This document shows positions 29,433 to 37,279 of a DNA stretch of 37,279 bases, piece by piece. The notes under the pieces are model-generated. The model made no database searches. It was given only the letters and a program-made list of their open reading frames with translations, and was not told where the DNA came from. This DNA comes from a virus. Within the stretch, counting starts at the first letter, position 1, and every line of letters begins with the position of its first letter. The stretch lies in UHGV virus genome UHGV-1374627. One strand, given 5' to 3'. Both the position numbers and the translations under genes were made by a program.

Positions 29433-31369
29433 TGGCTGCCCCGAGTATCAACACAAAAGTCAAAATGGATGGCGAGCGCGAATACAAGGCAGCGCTTGCC
29501 GAGATCAAGAGCGGCCTGAACGTTCTGAAATCCGAGCTGAATCTCGCGTCCGAGCAGTTTCGGGATAACGCGGACAGCGTCGAGGCACTGACCAAGAAGA
29601 ACGACATCCTCGACCGCACGATTCTGACGCAGAAGGAAAAAATCGAACAAATTGAAAAGGCGCTCCGGTCCTCGGCATCCGCCTATGGTGAGGCGGATGA
29701 ACGCACCAATCGCTGGAAAACGCAGCTCAACAATGCACAGGCCGAATTGGTCAAGATGGAGCGTGCATTGAAGGATAACGAGGACGCGCTCCAAAAAGCA
29801 CAGAGAGAGGCAGACGGCACGACGAACGCTTTTGGCAAGCTGAAAAAAGCTCTGTCCGACACCAAGGAGCAGGGCGGCGGCATCAAGGGCCTGTTTGCCA
29901 ATCTCAAGGAGGAGTTCTCCGGCAACAACGAGGTCATGCGCGGCCTCGGTGACGCGCTGACGGACGTGTCCGGCAAATTTGGCATCCAGCTTCCAGAGGG
30001 CGCACAGAAGGCCGTGCAGTCTCTCAACGGCATCCATGCAGGTGCGGCTCTGGCTGTGACCGGTCTCGGCCTTGTGGCCGCTGCCGTGGTCAAGGCCGAA
30101 AAGGCCCTCGTTGACATCACGAAAGAGGCAGGCGCTGCGGCGTCTGAAATTCTGAAGCTGTCCTCCGTCACTGGGCAGTCAACCGAGTCCATTCAGGAGT
30201 TTGACTATGCAGCCGAAATGATCGGTGTTTCGTCCGACCGCATCCGCGACTCTCTCAAAGAGACCACCAACAAGATGCAGGAGGCGCGGGACGGCAATGA
30301 AGCTACCGCCGCCGCTTATGCTAAGCTCGGCGTGGCCATCACGGACGCGGATGGCAATCTCCGCAGCGCCGAGGATGTGTTTTACGACACCATCGACGCG
30401 CTCGGACAGATGGAAAACCGCACAGAGCGCGACGCCGTTGCAATGGACCTCATGTCTGAGTCGGCGCAGGAGCTGAACCCGCTGATCGACGCGGGCAGCG
30501 ACACGCTGAAAAAATACGCCGACGAAGCGCACGAAATGGGCTATGTGCTCGACAATGACGCGCTGACCTCGCTGAAAGCCGTAGACACTGGTTTCCAGAC
30601 CTTGCAGAAAACACAGGAGGCCGTCAAAAATCAGATGGCCGCAGAGTTTGCGCCGTACCTGACAAAAGCGCTGGAGGACATCCGCGAGCTGATTCAGAAG
30701 GTCGGCAAGGCGCTGATCGAGTCCGGCGCGGTCGACGCCTTCGGCAGCATCCTGGAATCCTCCGTCGCGCTGCTGGAACCGCTCGGCTCGCTGATCTCCG
30801 CGATCCTTCCGGCGCTGGCCGCAGCGCTGAAGCCCATCGCGCAGACGGTCGCGCTGATCGCGGACACCGCCAACGTGATCGTTGGCCTGTTTACGTTCAA
30901 CGGCGACAAGATCAAAACCGCGCTCGGCCTGAACGCCAGCTCCGGCCAGCTCAGCAACATGCAGCGTGCCAGCGGTGCCTATAATGGCTACCGCTATTCG
31001 CAGTCTGCGGGCTGGATTACAGAGGGCACCTACACGGACGCGGAGCTGCGGTCGATGTACAACAGCGAGGTTTCCGCTGGGACGGCGCAAGGGACCTTTG
31101 AGGCCTGGAAAAATGCCGGGTCGTGGCGCAGGAACGCCAGCGGCACAGACTGGTTTCCCGGTGGGCGGACGCTGCTGAGCGAGCACGGCGCGGAGACCGC
31201 GATCCTGCCGCAGGGCACGCGCATCCTGACCGCGCAGGAGACGCGCCAGACCGGCGGCGATACTTACAACATCACGATCGACGCCCACACGGTGCGGGAG
31301 TTTGAGGACATCCTCCGCATCGTGCAGGAGCGCCGCAGAGTGGTTCGGATGGGAGGCGCAACTGGATGA
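29432..31369 (+). CDS. tail tape measure protein
   Basis: The 646-aa product has long Ala/Glu/Lys-rich coiled coil and hydrophobic segments (GAALAVTGLGLVAAAVV), with a Trp/Gly-rich C-terminal region. Its position after G/GT is canonical. Confidence 0.85.
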   Translation: MAAPSINTKVKMDGEREYKAALAEIKSGLNVLKSELNLASEQFRDNADSVEALTKKNDILDRTILTQKEKIEQIEKALRSSASAYGEADERTNRWKTQLNNAQAELVKMERALKDNEDALQKAQREADGTTNAFGKLKKALSDTKEQGGGIKGLFANLKEEFSGNNEVMRGLGDALTDVSGKFGIQLPEGAQKAVQSLNGIHAGAALAVTGLGLVAAAVVKAEKALVDITKEAGAAASEILKLSSVTGQSTESIQEFDYAAEMIGVSSDRIRDSLKETTNKMQEARDGNEATAAAYAKLGVAITDADGNLRSAEDVFYDTIDALGQMENRTERDAVAMDLMSESAQELNPLIDAGSDTLKKYADEAHEMGYVLDNDALTSLKAVDTGFQTLQKTQEAVKNQMAAEFAPYLTKALEDIRELIQKVGKALIESGAVDAFGSILESSVALLEPLGSLISAILPALAAALKPIAQTVALIADTANVIVGLFTFNGDKIKTALGLNASSGQLSNMQRASGAYNGYRYSQSAGWITEGTYTDAELRSMYNSEVSAGTAQGTFEAWKNAGSWRRNASGTDWFPGGRTLLSEHGAETAILPQGTRILTAQETRQTGGDTYNITIDAHTVREFEDILRIVQERRRVVRMGGATG

Positions 31370-33384
31370 GTGTTACACAGAAAATATATGCCAAAGCATT
31401 TGCTTTTTTGGATTTTACGAATCAAGGAGCAAATCTCCATACGGGGAATCAAGTGACCCTTGAAAATGGCTCCGATAGGATTTTGCTAAAATTCAATGAT
31501 GTCCCATCCTCAATGCAATTTAAGCGAATTTCCGCGATTTCGCTATCAATGTACTGCCGTTCTGCTGTGTCAACAGATACGATATACGGCTATGGCACAG
31601 TTGATTTTTCTGCGTTCGACGGCTCAGGAACATTCGACGAAAATACAGTTACATACGCTTCATGGCCGCAAACAAGTCCGGGCCATTTGCTTATTTCTGA
31701 TTCCACCAATATATCCGATTTGCCACAGTGGAAGAAAACGTACGCTTTGAGTGGAAGCGGCTCTTACGGCGATGTGCTCGTTTCATGCTTGGGCAACTGC
31801 GCAGTGGCTAGTGCTGGTTTCTATAAAGCGCAAAATGCAGTGTTTGATGTGAGCGGTGCAAACGCTCCGTATATTGAGATTACCGTTGATGACACGACTC
31901 TCGTAGACACCCTCGCGTTAAAATCACTGGCCCCAGCATCCGGGGCTATCAATCGTTTTTCGGACAGTATATTCACATGGGGCATTACGACCCCAACTCT
32001 TTGCATACCTAAATTAGTTCAAGCATCTGCAACTTTTCGCTGGCGCGCTTCCGGGTCTAGCACTGTTCACGAAGTTTCAGTTAGTGGATCAGCAAATAGT
32101 GTAACCATTCCAAAAAACACATTCCCGAGTGGGAATATCCAGTGGCAGATTATGCTGACTGCAAACAGCGGAAAAACGACAACGTCGGAATGGATCACGC
32201 TATCTGCATCGGATCAAAAACCAACTGCTGAAACAGTTGCACCTCAAAGCATTGTAATCGATGCAAGCGTTTCCAACAAATTTACATGGAGACACATCAT
32301 CTCAACGGGTACGGAGCAGACAAAGGCTGAGCTGCAAATCTCGTCGGACAATAGCACATGGGCCGCGCTGGCCACAGTGGTTGGCTCCAGCAATTCCTAC
32401 ACAGTTCCGGCGAACACGCTCGGCAGCGGGACGAAATACTGGCGCGTTCGAACCTATAACACCGACAATGTGGCCAGCGAATGGAGCGCATCGGCGCAGT
32501 TCGTCTCGGTTGGTGCGCCGGATGCTCCAGTGGTCGTCATTCAATCCACGACCCCGCGCCCCTCAATCAGCTGGCAGGTAACGGGCCAGCAGGCTTATCA
32601 AGTTGAGATCGATGGTGTGACGGCCAGCGGAACACGCTTCGGAACCAATAAGAGCTACCGCTCTCCGGCCTATCTGGCCGATGGCAGCTACACGGTGCGC
32701 GTCCGTGTGCAAAACGAATACGGCTTCTGGTCGCCGTGGGGCACGGCGGCGTTCCCGGTCACAAACGTACCGGGCGGCACGATCAGGCTGACCGCCGAGG
32801 GCGGCATCGAGGCGGCACTCAGATGGACGCCGGGCAGCTTTGACTACTATCTGGTCTATCGGAATGGCGTGGCTATCGCAAAGGTCACGGAACCGAGCTA
32901 CACCGATGCAGCCAGCATTGGTGGTGTGCGCTATCAGGTGCGCGGCTGCTACGACAACAGCGACAATTACAGTCTGTCCGAGGCCGTGGAGGTCACGGTC
33001 AGCACAGACAACGTCCGACTCTACGACATGGAGCGCGGCGAATGGCTGCACTTCCTCTATGATTCTTCGGCACACCGCAGCACGGGCCTGAACCTGTCCC
33101 ATGACATCCAATATGTCCAGCTCTCCGGGCACACCTACCCGGTCGCCGAGCGGAGCGAATTTAAGTCCCGCGCGCTGCAGATCACCTGCGTCTGCGCGGA
33201 CGACGCGGAGCGGCAGGCTCTGCGGGCGCTGCTCGGACACCTAACCTGCTGCAAGACGCCGGAGGGTAACATGACCATCGGCTACCCGGCCAGCATCACG
33301 GAAAACTCTGACGATTTCTTCAGCACTTACAGTTTCACCATCGAGCAGATCGACCGAAAGGAGGAGATCGACCTTGATTCGTGA
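31366..33384 (+). CDS. distal tail protein (Dit-like) with inserted FN3/carbohydrate-binding-like domains
   Basis: Position directly after the tape measure gene. Internal beta-rich repeats with W..R motifs (YWRVRTYNTDNVASEWSA, IQWQIMLTANSG) resemble FN3. The product is 672 aa. Confidence 0.6.
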   Translation: MSVTQKIYAKAFAFLDFTNQGANLHTGNQVTLENGSDRILLKFNDVPSSMQFKRISAISLSMYCRSAVSTDTIYGYGTVDFSAFDGSGTFDENTVTYASWPQTSPGHLLISDSTNISDLPQWKKTYALSGSGSYGDVLVSCLGNCAVASAGFYKAQNAVFDVSGANAPYIEITVDDTTLVDTLALKSLAPASGAINRFSDSIFTWGITTPTLCIPKLVQASATFRWRASGSSTVHEVSVSGSANSVTIPKNTFPSGNIQWQIMLTANSGKTTTSEWITLSASDQKPTAETVAPQSIVIDASVSNKFTWRHIISTGTEQTKAELQISSDNSTWAALATVVGSSNSYTVPANTLGSGTKYWRVRTYNTDNVASEWSASAQFVSVGAPDAPVVVIQSTTPRPSISWQVTGQQAYQVEIDGVTASGTRFGTNKSYRSPAYLADGSYTVRVRVQNEYGFWSPWGTAAFPVTNVPGGTIRLTAEGGIEAALRWTPGSFDYYLVYRNGVAIAKVTEPSYTDAASIGGVRYQVRGCYDNSDNYSLSEAVEVTVSTDNVRLYDMERGEWLHFLYDSSAHRSTGLNLSHDIQYVQLSGHTYPVAERSEFKSRALQITCVCADDAERQALRALLGHLTCCKTPEGNMTIGYPASITENSDDFFSTYSFTIEQIDRKEEIDLDS

Positions 33385-34417
33385 CGTCTCCTACCACGTC
33401 AACGTCCTGCGCAACGGAGCCGAGTTTACCCGGCTCCATTGGCGCAGCGGCGACAACCCCAACATCATGGTCAACAAGGACGCCGAGATCAAAGGCAGCT
33501 TCTCCGGGCGGTTCTACGTGCCCGACACGGTCGATCTGCTGTCAGACGAGCTGCAGCCCGTCATGCGGCTGAACGGCGTGGAGACGCCGCTGGGCGTCTT
33601 CCAGACGGCGACTCCGAGCCGCGCGACCGACCGATACAACACGGTCGTCCAGATTGAGGCCTATGACCGCTGCTGGCGGCTGCAAAACCAGCGTACGGAG
33701 AACATCCTGCACATCGCCGCCGGCACGTCCTACATTACGAAGATCCGCCAGATGCTGACGGAGGCCGGGATCGGGCTGGTCATTGCGGCTCCGTCCACAG
33801 CCACGCTCCAGACCGACCGCGAGGACTGGGAGATCGGCACGACCTACCTCGCTATTATCAATCAGCTGCTGGCCGAGATCAATTACAGCGATGTGTGGTT
33901 CGACGGCAGCGGAATCGCGCATTTGGAGCCGTATGAACAGCCCAGCGCCGACCGCATCGATCATGCCTATTCCTATAACGACGTCGTCCACGCGCAGCCG
34001 ATCGGGCCAGATCACAATGACGAGACGGACATTTTCAACGCGCCGAACGTCTTTGTCCGAATCTGCAGCAATCCGGATCTCGATGCCGACATGGTGGCCA
34101 CGGCGGTCAACGAGTCCCCGACGTCCAGCACGTCCACGTTCAAACGCAAAATGCGCATTGTGGATGTGCAGCGTGTGGACAACATTGCAAGTCAGGATGA
34201 GCTTCAGGCCGCCGCAGACCGCGCCCGGAATGAATCCATGTTAGCGGCGCGAACCATCACATTTCAGACACTCAACGAGCCGGGGCACGGCGTCGGGGAC
34301 ATCATCTCCATCGACGACCCGGAGTTGGCCGGGATCTACGAGGAGACCGGCTGGTCGCTGACCATGGCCGCCGGCCAGATGATGCAGCACACAGCGAAAA
34401 GGACGGTGATCGCATGA
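33374..34417 (+). CDS. tail hub / Tal N-terminal-domain-like baseplate protein
   Basis: Position after Dit. The 347-aa size is consistent with the gp27-like hub domain alone. Confidence 0.55.
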   Translation: MIRDVSYHVNVLRNGAEFTRLHWRSGDNPNIMVNKDAEIKGSFSGRFYVPDTVDLLSDELQPVMRLNGVETPLGVFQTATPSRATDRYNTVVQIEAYDRCWRLQNQRTENILHIAAGTSYITKIRQMLTEAGIGLVIAAPSTATLQTDREDWEIGTTYLAIINQLLAEINYSDVWFDGSGIAHLEPYEQPSADRIDHAYSYNDVVHAQPIGPDHNDETDIFNAPNVFVRICSNPDLDADMVATAVNESPTSSTSTFKRKMRIVDVQRVDNIASQDELQAAADRARNESMLAARTITFQTLNEPGHGVGDIISIDDPELAGIYEETGWSLTMAAGQMMQHTAKRTVIA

Positions 34418-34653
34418 TGGATCTGTTTACGGCCACGCTGGAGAGCCCGCAGGAATCGCCGCTGCTCTCGCTGGCGACGATCGGCGCGAAGTACACGGAC
34501 GGCGTCTCGCTGATCTTCCCCGGCCAGACCGAGGCAACTGCGAAGCACTACCGCTGCAATCCGGACGTCACCTTCGCTGCGGGCAATCGCGTCCTGATCG
34601 CCCGCGTCAGCGGCAGCTATGTGGTGCTGTGCAAGGTCGGCAAGCCAAAGTAA
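34414..34653 (+). CDS. small tail-associated protein
   Basis: ATGA overlap with the upstream gene. 79 aa. Confidence 0.45.
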   Translation: MMDLFTATLESPQESPLLSLATIGAKYTDGVSLIFPGQTEATAKHYRCNPDVTFAAGNRVLIARVSGSYVVLCKVGKPK

Positions 34654-34663
34654 GGAGGTAGCT

Positions 34664-34984
34664 ATGAGCCTAAAAATCATGCAGGGCGACCAGTACGCCA
34701 TTGTATTTACTGGGACGCAGGACGGCGCGCCGCTCGACTTATCAAAAATCGAGATGATCGAGTTCATCGTTGGGAAGCTGCGCAAAATCTACCCCGGCGA
34801 GGTCACGACGGACACAGACGGAAACTTCCTGTTCCCTCTGACGCAGGAGGAAACCTTCCTGTTCAAATCCGCTTCTCAGGCCGTTCAGATCCGCGTCAAG
34901 TTTACCGGCGCGGAGCCTGTTGTCATTGGTACCAGCATTGAGGGCATCCGCGTGAGCGATTCCATCAGTAAGGTGGTGCTGTGA
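34664..34984 (+). CDS. hypothetical tail protein
   Basis: AAGGAGG RBS precedes ATG 34664. 106 aa. Confidence 0.45.
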   Translation: MSLKIMQGDQYAIVFTGTQDGAPLDLSKIEMIEFIVGKLRKIYPGEVTTDTDGNFLFPLTQEETFLFKSASQAVQIRVKFTGAEPVVIGTSIEGIRVSDSISKVVL

Positions 34985-35175
34985 TGATCCACTTTGACAT
35001 CGGCGGGAAGCCGAGCATCCAATTCAGCATGCCGCCCTTGCGGGTGTCACCCGGCGGCAGTGGCGGCGGCAACGTCTCATCTGCACAGATCAACACCATT
35101 GTAGTCCTCGACCGGGCGGAATATGACGCGCTGGACGTCAAGGACGTAAAGACACTGTATCTGATTCGGGGGTGA
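34981..35175 (+). CDS. hypothetical small tail protein
   Basis: ATGA overlap with the upstream gene. The product has a Gly-rich loop (GGSGGGN). Confidence 0.4.
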   Translation: MMIHFDIGGKPSIQFSMPPLRVSPGGSGGGNVSSAQINTIVVLDRAEYDALDVKDVKTLYLIRG

Positions 35176-35179
35176 CGGA

Positions 35180-35323
35180 ATGATCACAGTCGGAGAAGAA
35201 CAGCTCAAGGAGTTGTTTGTCGGTGAGATGGGCATTAAGAAGGCCTGCATCGGCGAAGAACCCATCTATACCCGCCCGGGCGGATATTTATACATCGAAC
35301 TGAGCGAAAAGAAAGGGGCATAA
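35180..35323 (+). CDS. small protein (47 aa)
   Basis: GGGGGTGA RBS. Product MITVGEEQLKELFVGEMGIKKACIGEEPIYTRPGGYLYIELSEKKGA. It is not in the track. Confidence 0.3.
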   Translation: MITVGEEQLKELFVGEMGIKKACIGEEPIYTRPGGYLYIELSEKKGA

Positions 35324-35326
35324 CCT

Positions 35327-35989
35327 ATGGCAAGTTTTTTCAATCTAATTCTTGATACGCTTGCACCGTCTGGGTTGACACTGAAGCTCAACAGCGGCGC
35401 AACGTATGCAACAAGCAACACCGTCACCGCAACGATCACGCTGACGGATGAAACCAAGACCGGCTACCAGATGAAGTTCTGGGGCATCAAGGTGGCTGCA
35501 ACGGAAGAAGATGCATCGTGGGAAACCTTTGCGGCCAGCAAGTCCATCATCCTGACGGAAGGCGATGGCCTGAAAACCGTGCATATCAAGGTGCGGGACG
35601 ACGTTGGCAACGAAACGGCTGCGGTCGCAGCTTCCATCACGGTCAACACTGCGGTTCCGGTGATCACAATCACTGGCCCCGATAAGACCAGAATTTCCAA
35701 AGTTACCGGCTTCGACACCTGCGCGTTCTCCTTCACCTGCGACGTGGACTTCGAGGAATACACGGTGCGTGTTGTTCCGAGCACCAGCAGCCTCCATGAC
35801 GCCGGTACGCAGATCCCGACCACTGGCGGCTCCACAAACACCTCCGGCAGCAAGGGCGGCTACAAGAAGGCCACGGCGATTGATGTCACCATCAAGGGCG
35901 CCGACCTTGCGACGGCATCCTCCGGCGACGGCACGAAGATCATCAAGGTCTTTGTGAAGAACGCTGCCGGGACTTGGAGCGTGGCATAA
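35327..35989 (+). CDS. Ig-like domain tail fibre / receptor-binding accessory protein
   Basis: The product is Thr/Val-rich with beta-sandwich-like repeats (TVTATITLTDETKTGY, ASITVNTAVPVITITGPDKT). Confidence 0.55.
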   Translation: MASFFNLILDTLAPSGLTLKLNSGATYATSNTVTATITLTDETKTGYQMKFWGIKVAATEEDASWETFAASKSIILTEGDGLKTVHIKVRDDVGNETAAVAASITVNTAVPVITITGPDKTRISKVTGFDTCAFSFTCDVDFEEYTVRVVPSTSSLHDAGTQIPTTGGSTNTSGSKGGYKKATAIDVTIKGADLATASSGDGTKIIKVFVKNAAGTWSVA

Positions 35990-36366
35990 TGGCCGCGCCG
36001 GGACTGACGTTCACCATCACAGGGAATAAAATCTCGGCTGTCTCCGGTTTCGATTCCATCACCGTCAAATTCTCGTCGGACATCGCATATCAGGCATTCG
36101 AGTGCCGCGCGACGAAAACCGGCGAGGACTGGGGGCGCGGGAAAGGGGCGCTCATTGCGTCCTTTTCCCAGACCCCGGCGGGGACGGAGCGAACCTTTGA
36201 GGTCTACGACGATTTTCTCCTGAGTGGTGACGGGGAATATCGAATCTCCCTCTACGCACAGGGCGCAGACGGAAGCTGGAATGATAACTACGGCTTTGTG
36301 CCGTCCGGCACGACCAAGACCATGTTGACGGCAGACGGCAAGGAATTTCTCTGCATGAAGGAGTGA
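35989..36366 (+). CDS. Ig-like domain tail protein, paralog of preceding gene
   Basis: TAATG overlap with the upstream gene. LTFTITGNKISAVSGFDSITVKFSSD parallels the preceding protein's ITITGPDKTRISKVTGFDTCAFSFTCD. Confidence 0.5.
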   Translation: MAAPGLTFTITGNKISAVSGFDSITVKFSSDIAYQAFECRATKTGEDWGRGKGALIASFSQTPAGTERTFEVYDDFLLSGDGEYRISLYAQGADGSWNDNYGFVPSGTTKTMLTADGKEFLCMKE

Positions 36367-36370
36367 TTTT

Positions 36371-36568
36371 ATGGCAGACCAGTACAACAGTGCGCACACT
36401 GGCGCAGAGATCGATCAGGCGGTGTCTGACGTCCAGAACAATAAGGCCGCATGGGGCACGAAGGAGCTACCGAATGTCACTACTTCGGACAATGGAAAAT
36501 TCCTGCGTGTTGTGTCTGGTGCATGGGCGGCTGCGGAGATCGCAAACGCGAATGGAGGTAGCTTCTGA
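36371..36568 (+). CDS. hypothetical small protein
   Basis: 65-aa ORF. Its stop overlaps the fibre gene start (TGATG). Confidence 0.4.
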   Translation: MADQYNSAHTGAEIDQAVSDVQNNKAAWGTKELPNVTTSDNGKFLRVVSGAWAAAEIANANGGSF

Positions 36569-37279
36569 TGGCTGAATATTTGACAAATACAACCGACCTG
36601 ACAAAGGTTGCAGCAGCTATCCGGGAGAAGGGAGGCACATCTGATTTGCTTGTCTACCCGGATGGATTTGTGACAGCGATTGGGAACATTCAGACTGGTG
36701 GCACCACACCCGGAGCACCCGGTGACATTACGTTTTATGACTATGACGGTACGATTGTCACGTCTTGGACATTAGAAGAACTAGCAACAAAGACCGCGCT
36801 ACCAGATTATCCGTCTCATGAAGGGCTGATCTGTCAGGGCTGGAACTGGTCGCTTGCTGACCTCAAGACCACAAATCGCAAGATGAATGTCGGCGCAATG
36901 TATATCACGGATGATGGCAAAACCAGAATCTATATCCGTCTGGAAGAAGGGCGTACGTCTCCGATGCTTGGCGTTTGTCCGAATGGTACTGTCACCGTGG
37001 ATTGGGGTGATGGAACCACACCCGATACGTTGACGGGAACAAGCACATCGACGGTGAAGTGGACACCAAATCATGCTTATGCTGCAGCGGGTGAGTATGT
37101 AATAAAACTGACAGTTGATGGGACAATGGGGTTTTATGGGACTTCATCTTCTAATCAATATAGTGCAATTCTCCGGTATTCATCTGGTTCGGACGCTCGT
37201 AATTATGTTTACCCAAACAGCGTTCAGAAAATCGAGATTGGAAGTGGTGTAACAAGTATTGGCGACTTTGCGTTTTATA
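36567..37279 (+). CDS. N-terminal part of BspA-type LRR tail fibre / receptor-binding protein (3'-truncated by window edge)
   Basis: The frame is open to the window end. The C-terminal visible residues ...YPNSVQKIEIGSGVTSIGDFAF begin the same IxIxxGVTxIGxxAF repeat found at window positions 3-320. Confidence 0.7.

Noticed and set aside
1-37279. Exact terminal direct repeat indicating a closed circular assembly
   Set aside because: The two edges share the same LRR repeat type but are not identical in sequence, and their reading-frame phases do not join. Circularity can therefore not be asserted from the sequence alone.
1-37279. CRISPR arrays, rRNA genes, IS elements
   Set aside because: No regularly spaced short direct repeats, no rRNA-like conserved blocks and no transposase-like ORFs or terminal inverted repeats were seen. 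The only repeats are the LRR-coding tandem repeat, the MTase-flanking duplication and the operator or iteron elements.

Overview
The window is a near-complete temperate siphovirus genome (HK97-type head, TP901/phi13-type tail) from a high-GC (~60%) Gram-positive host; a Clostridia-like host is inference only. Gene order is that of a circularly permuted phage genome or tandem prophages, not a single integrated prophage with flanking host DNA. From left to right: (1) the 3' end of a BspA-type leucine-rich-repeat (LRR) tail-fibre gene, a CBM5/12-like small protein, and a lysis cassette of two holin-like genes plus an Amidase_2 endolysin. (2) A small moron cluster, then a tRNA 3'-end fragment (att core) with a bidirectional terminator, followed on the minus strand by a tyrosine integrase, a membrane-anchored XRE-HTH protein, a HIRAN-like tail-anchored protein and a cI-like repressor. 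(3) A textbook divergent genetic switch with a TTGACA-17-TATAAT promoter and palindromic ATCAAGA operators. (4) An early region with a Cro-like protein, HTH proteins, a DnaD-like replisome organizer with an internal iteron/AT-rich origin-like segment, a DnaB helicase, and a ParA plus ParB-like (DUF3102) module with an embedded 24-bp palindrome. (5) A putative DNA-modification island: ASCH protein, a C5-cytosine methyltransferase flanked by ~85-bp direct repeats, a radical-SAM protein and a PAPS-reductase/DndC-like PP-loop ATPase. (6) Further early genes: DUF551, HNH, tiny zinc-ribbon ORFs and a pC194-type rolling-circle Rep preceded by hairpins. (7) A strong terminator, a packaging HNH, an apparent in-frame TerS(P27)-TerL fusion, then portal, prohead protease, major capsid with C-terminal Ig-like extension, neck proteins, major tail, G/GT chaperone with an A_AAA_AAC -1 frameshift, tape measure, Dit, Tal-like hub, Ig-like fibre paralogs, and a second 3'-truncated BspA-LRR fibre gene. 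Coordinates include stop codons. All family calls rest on motif recognition by eye; no database search was possible.
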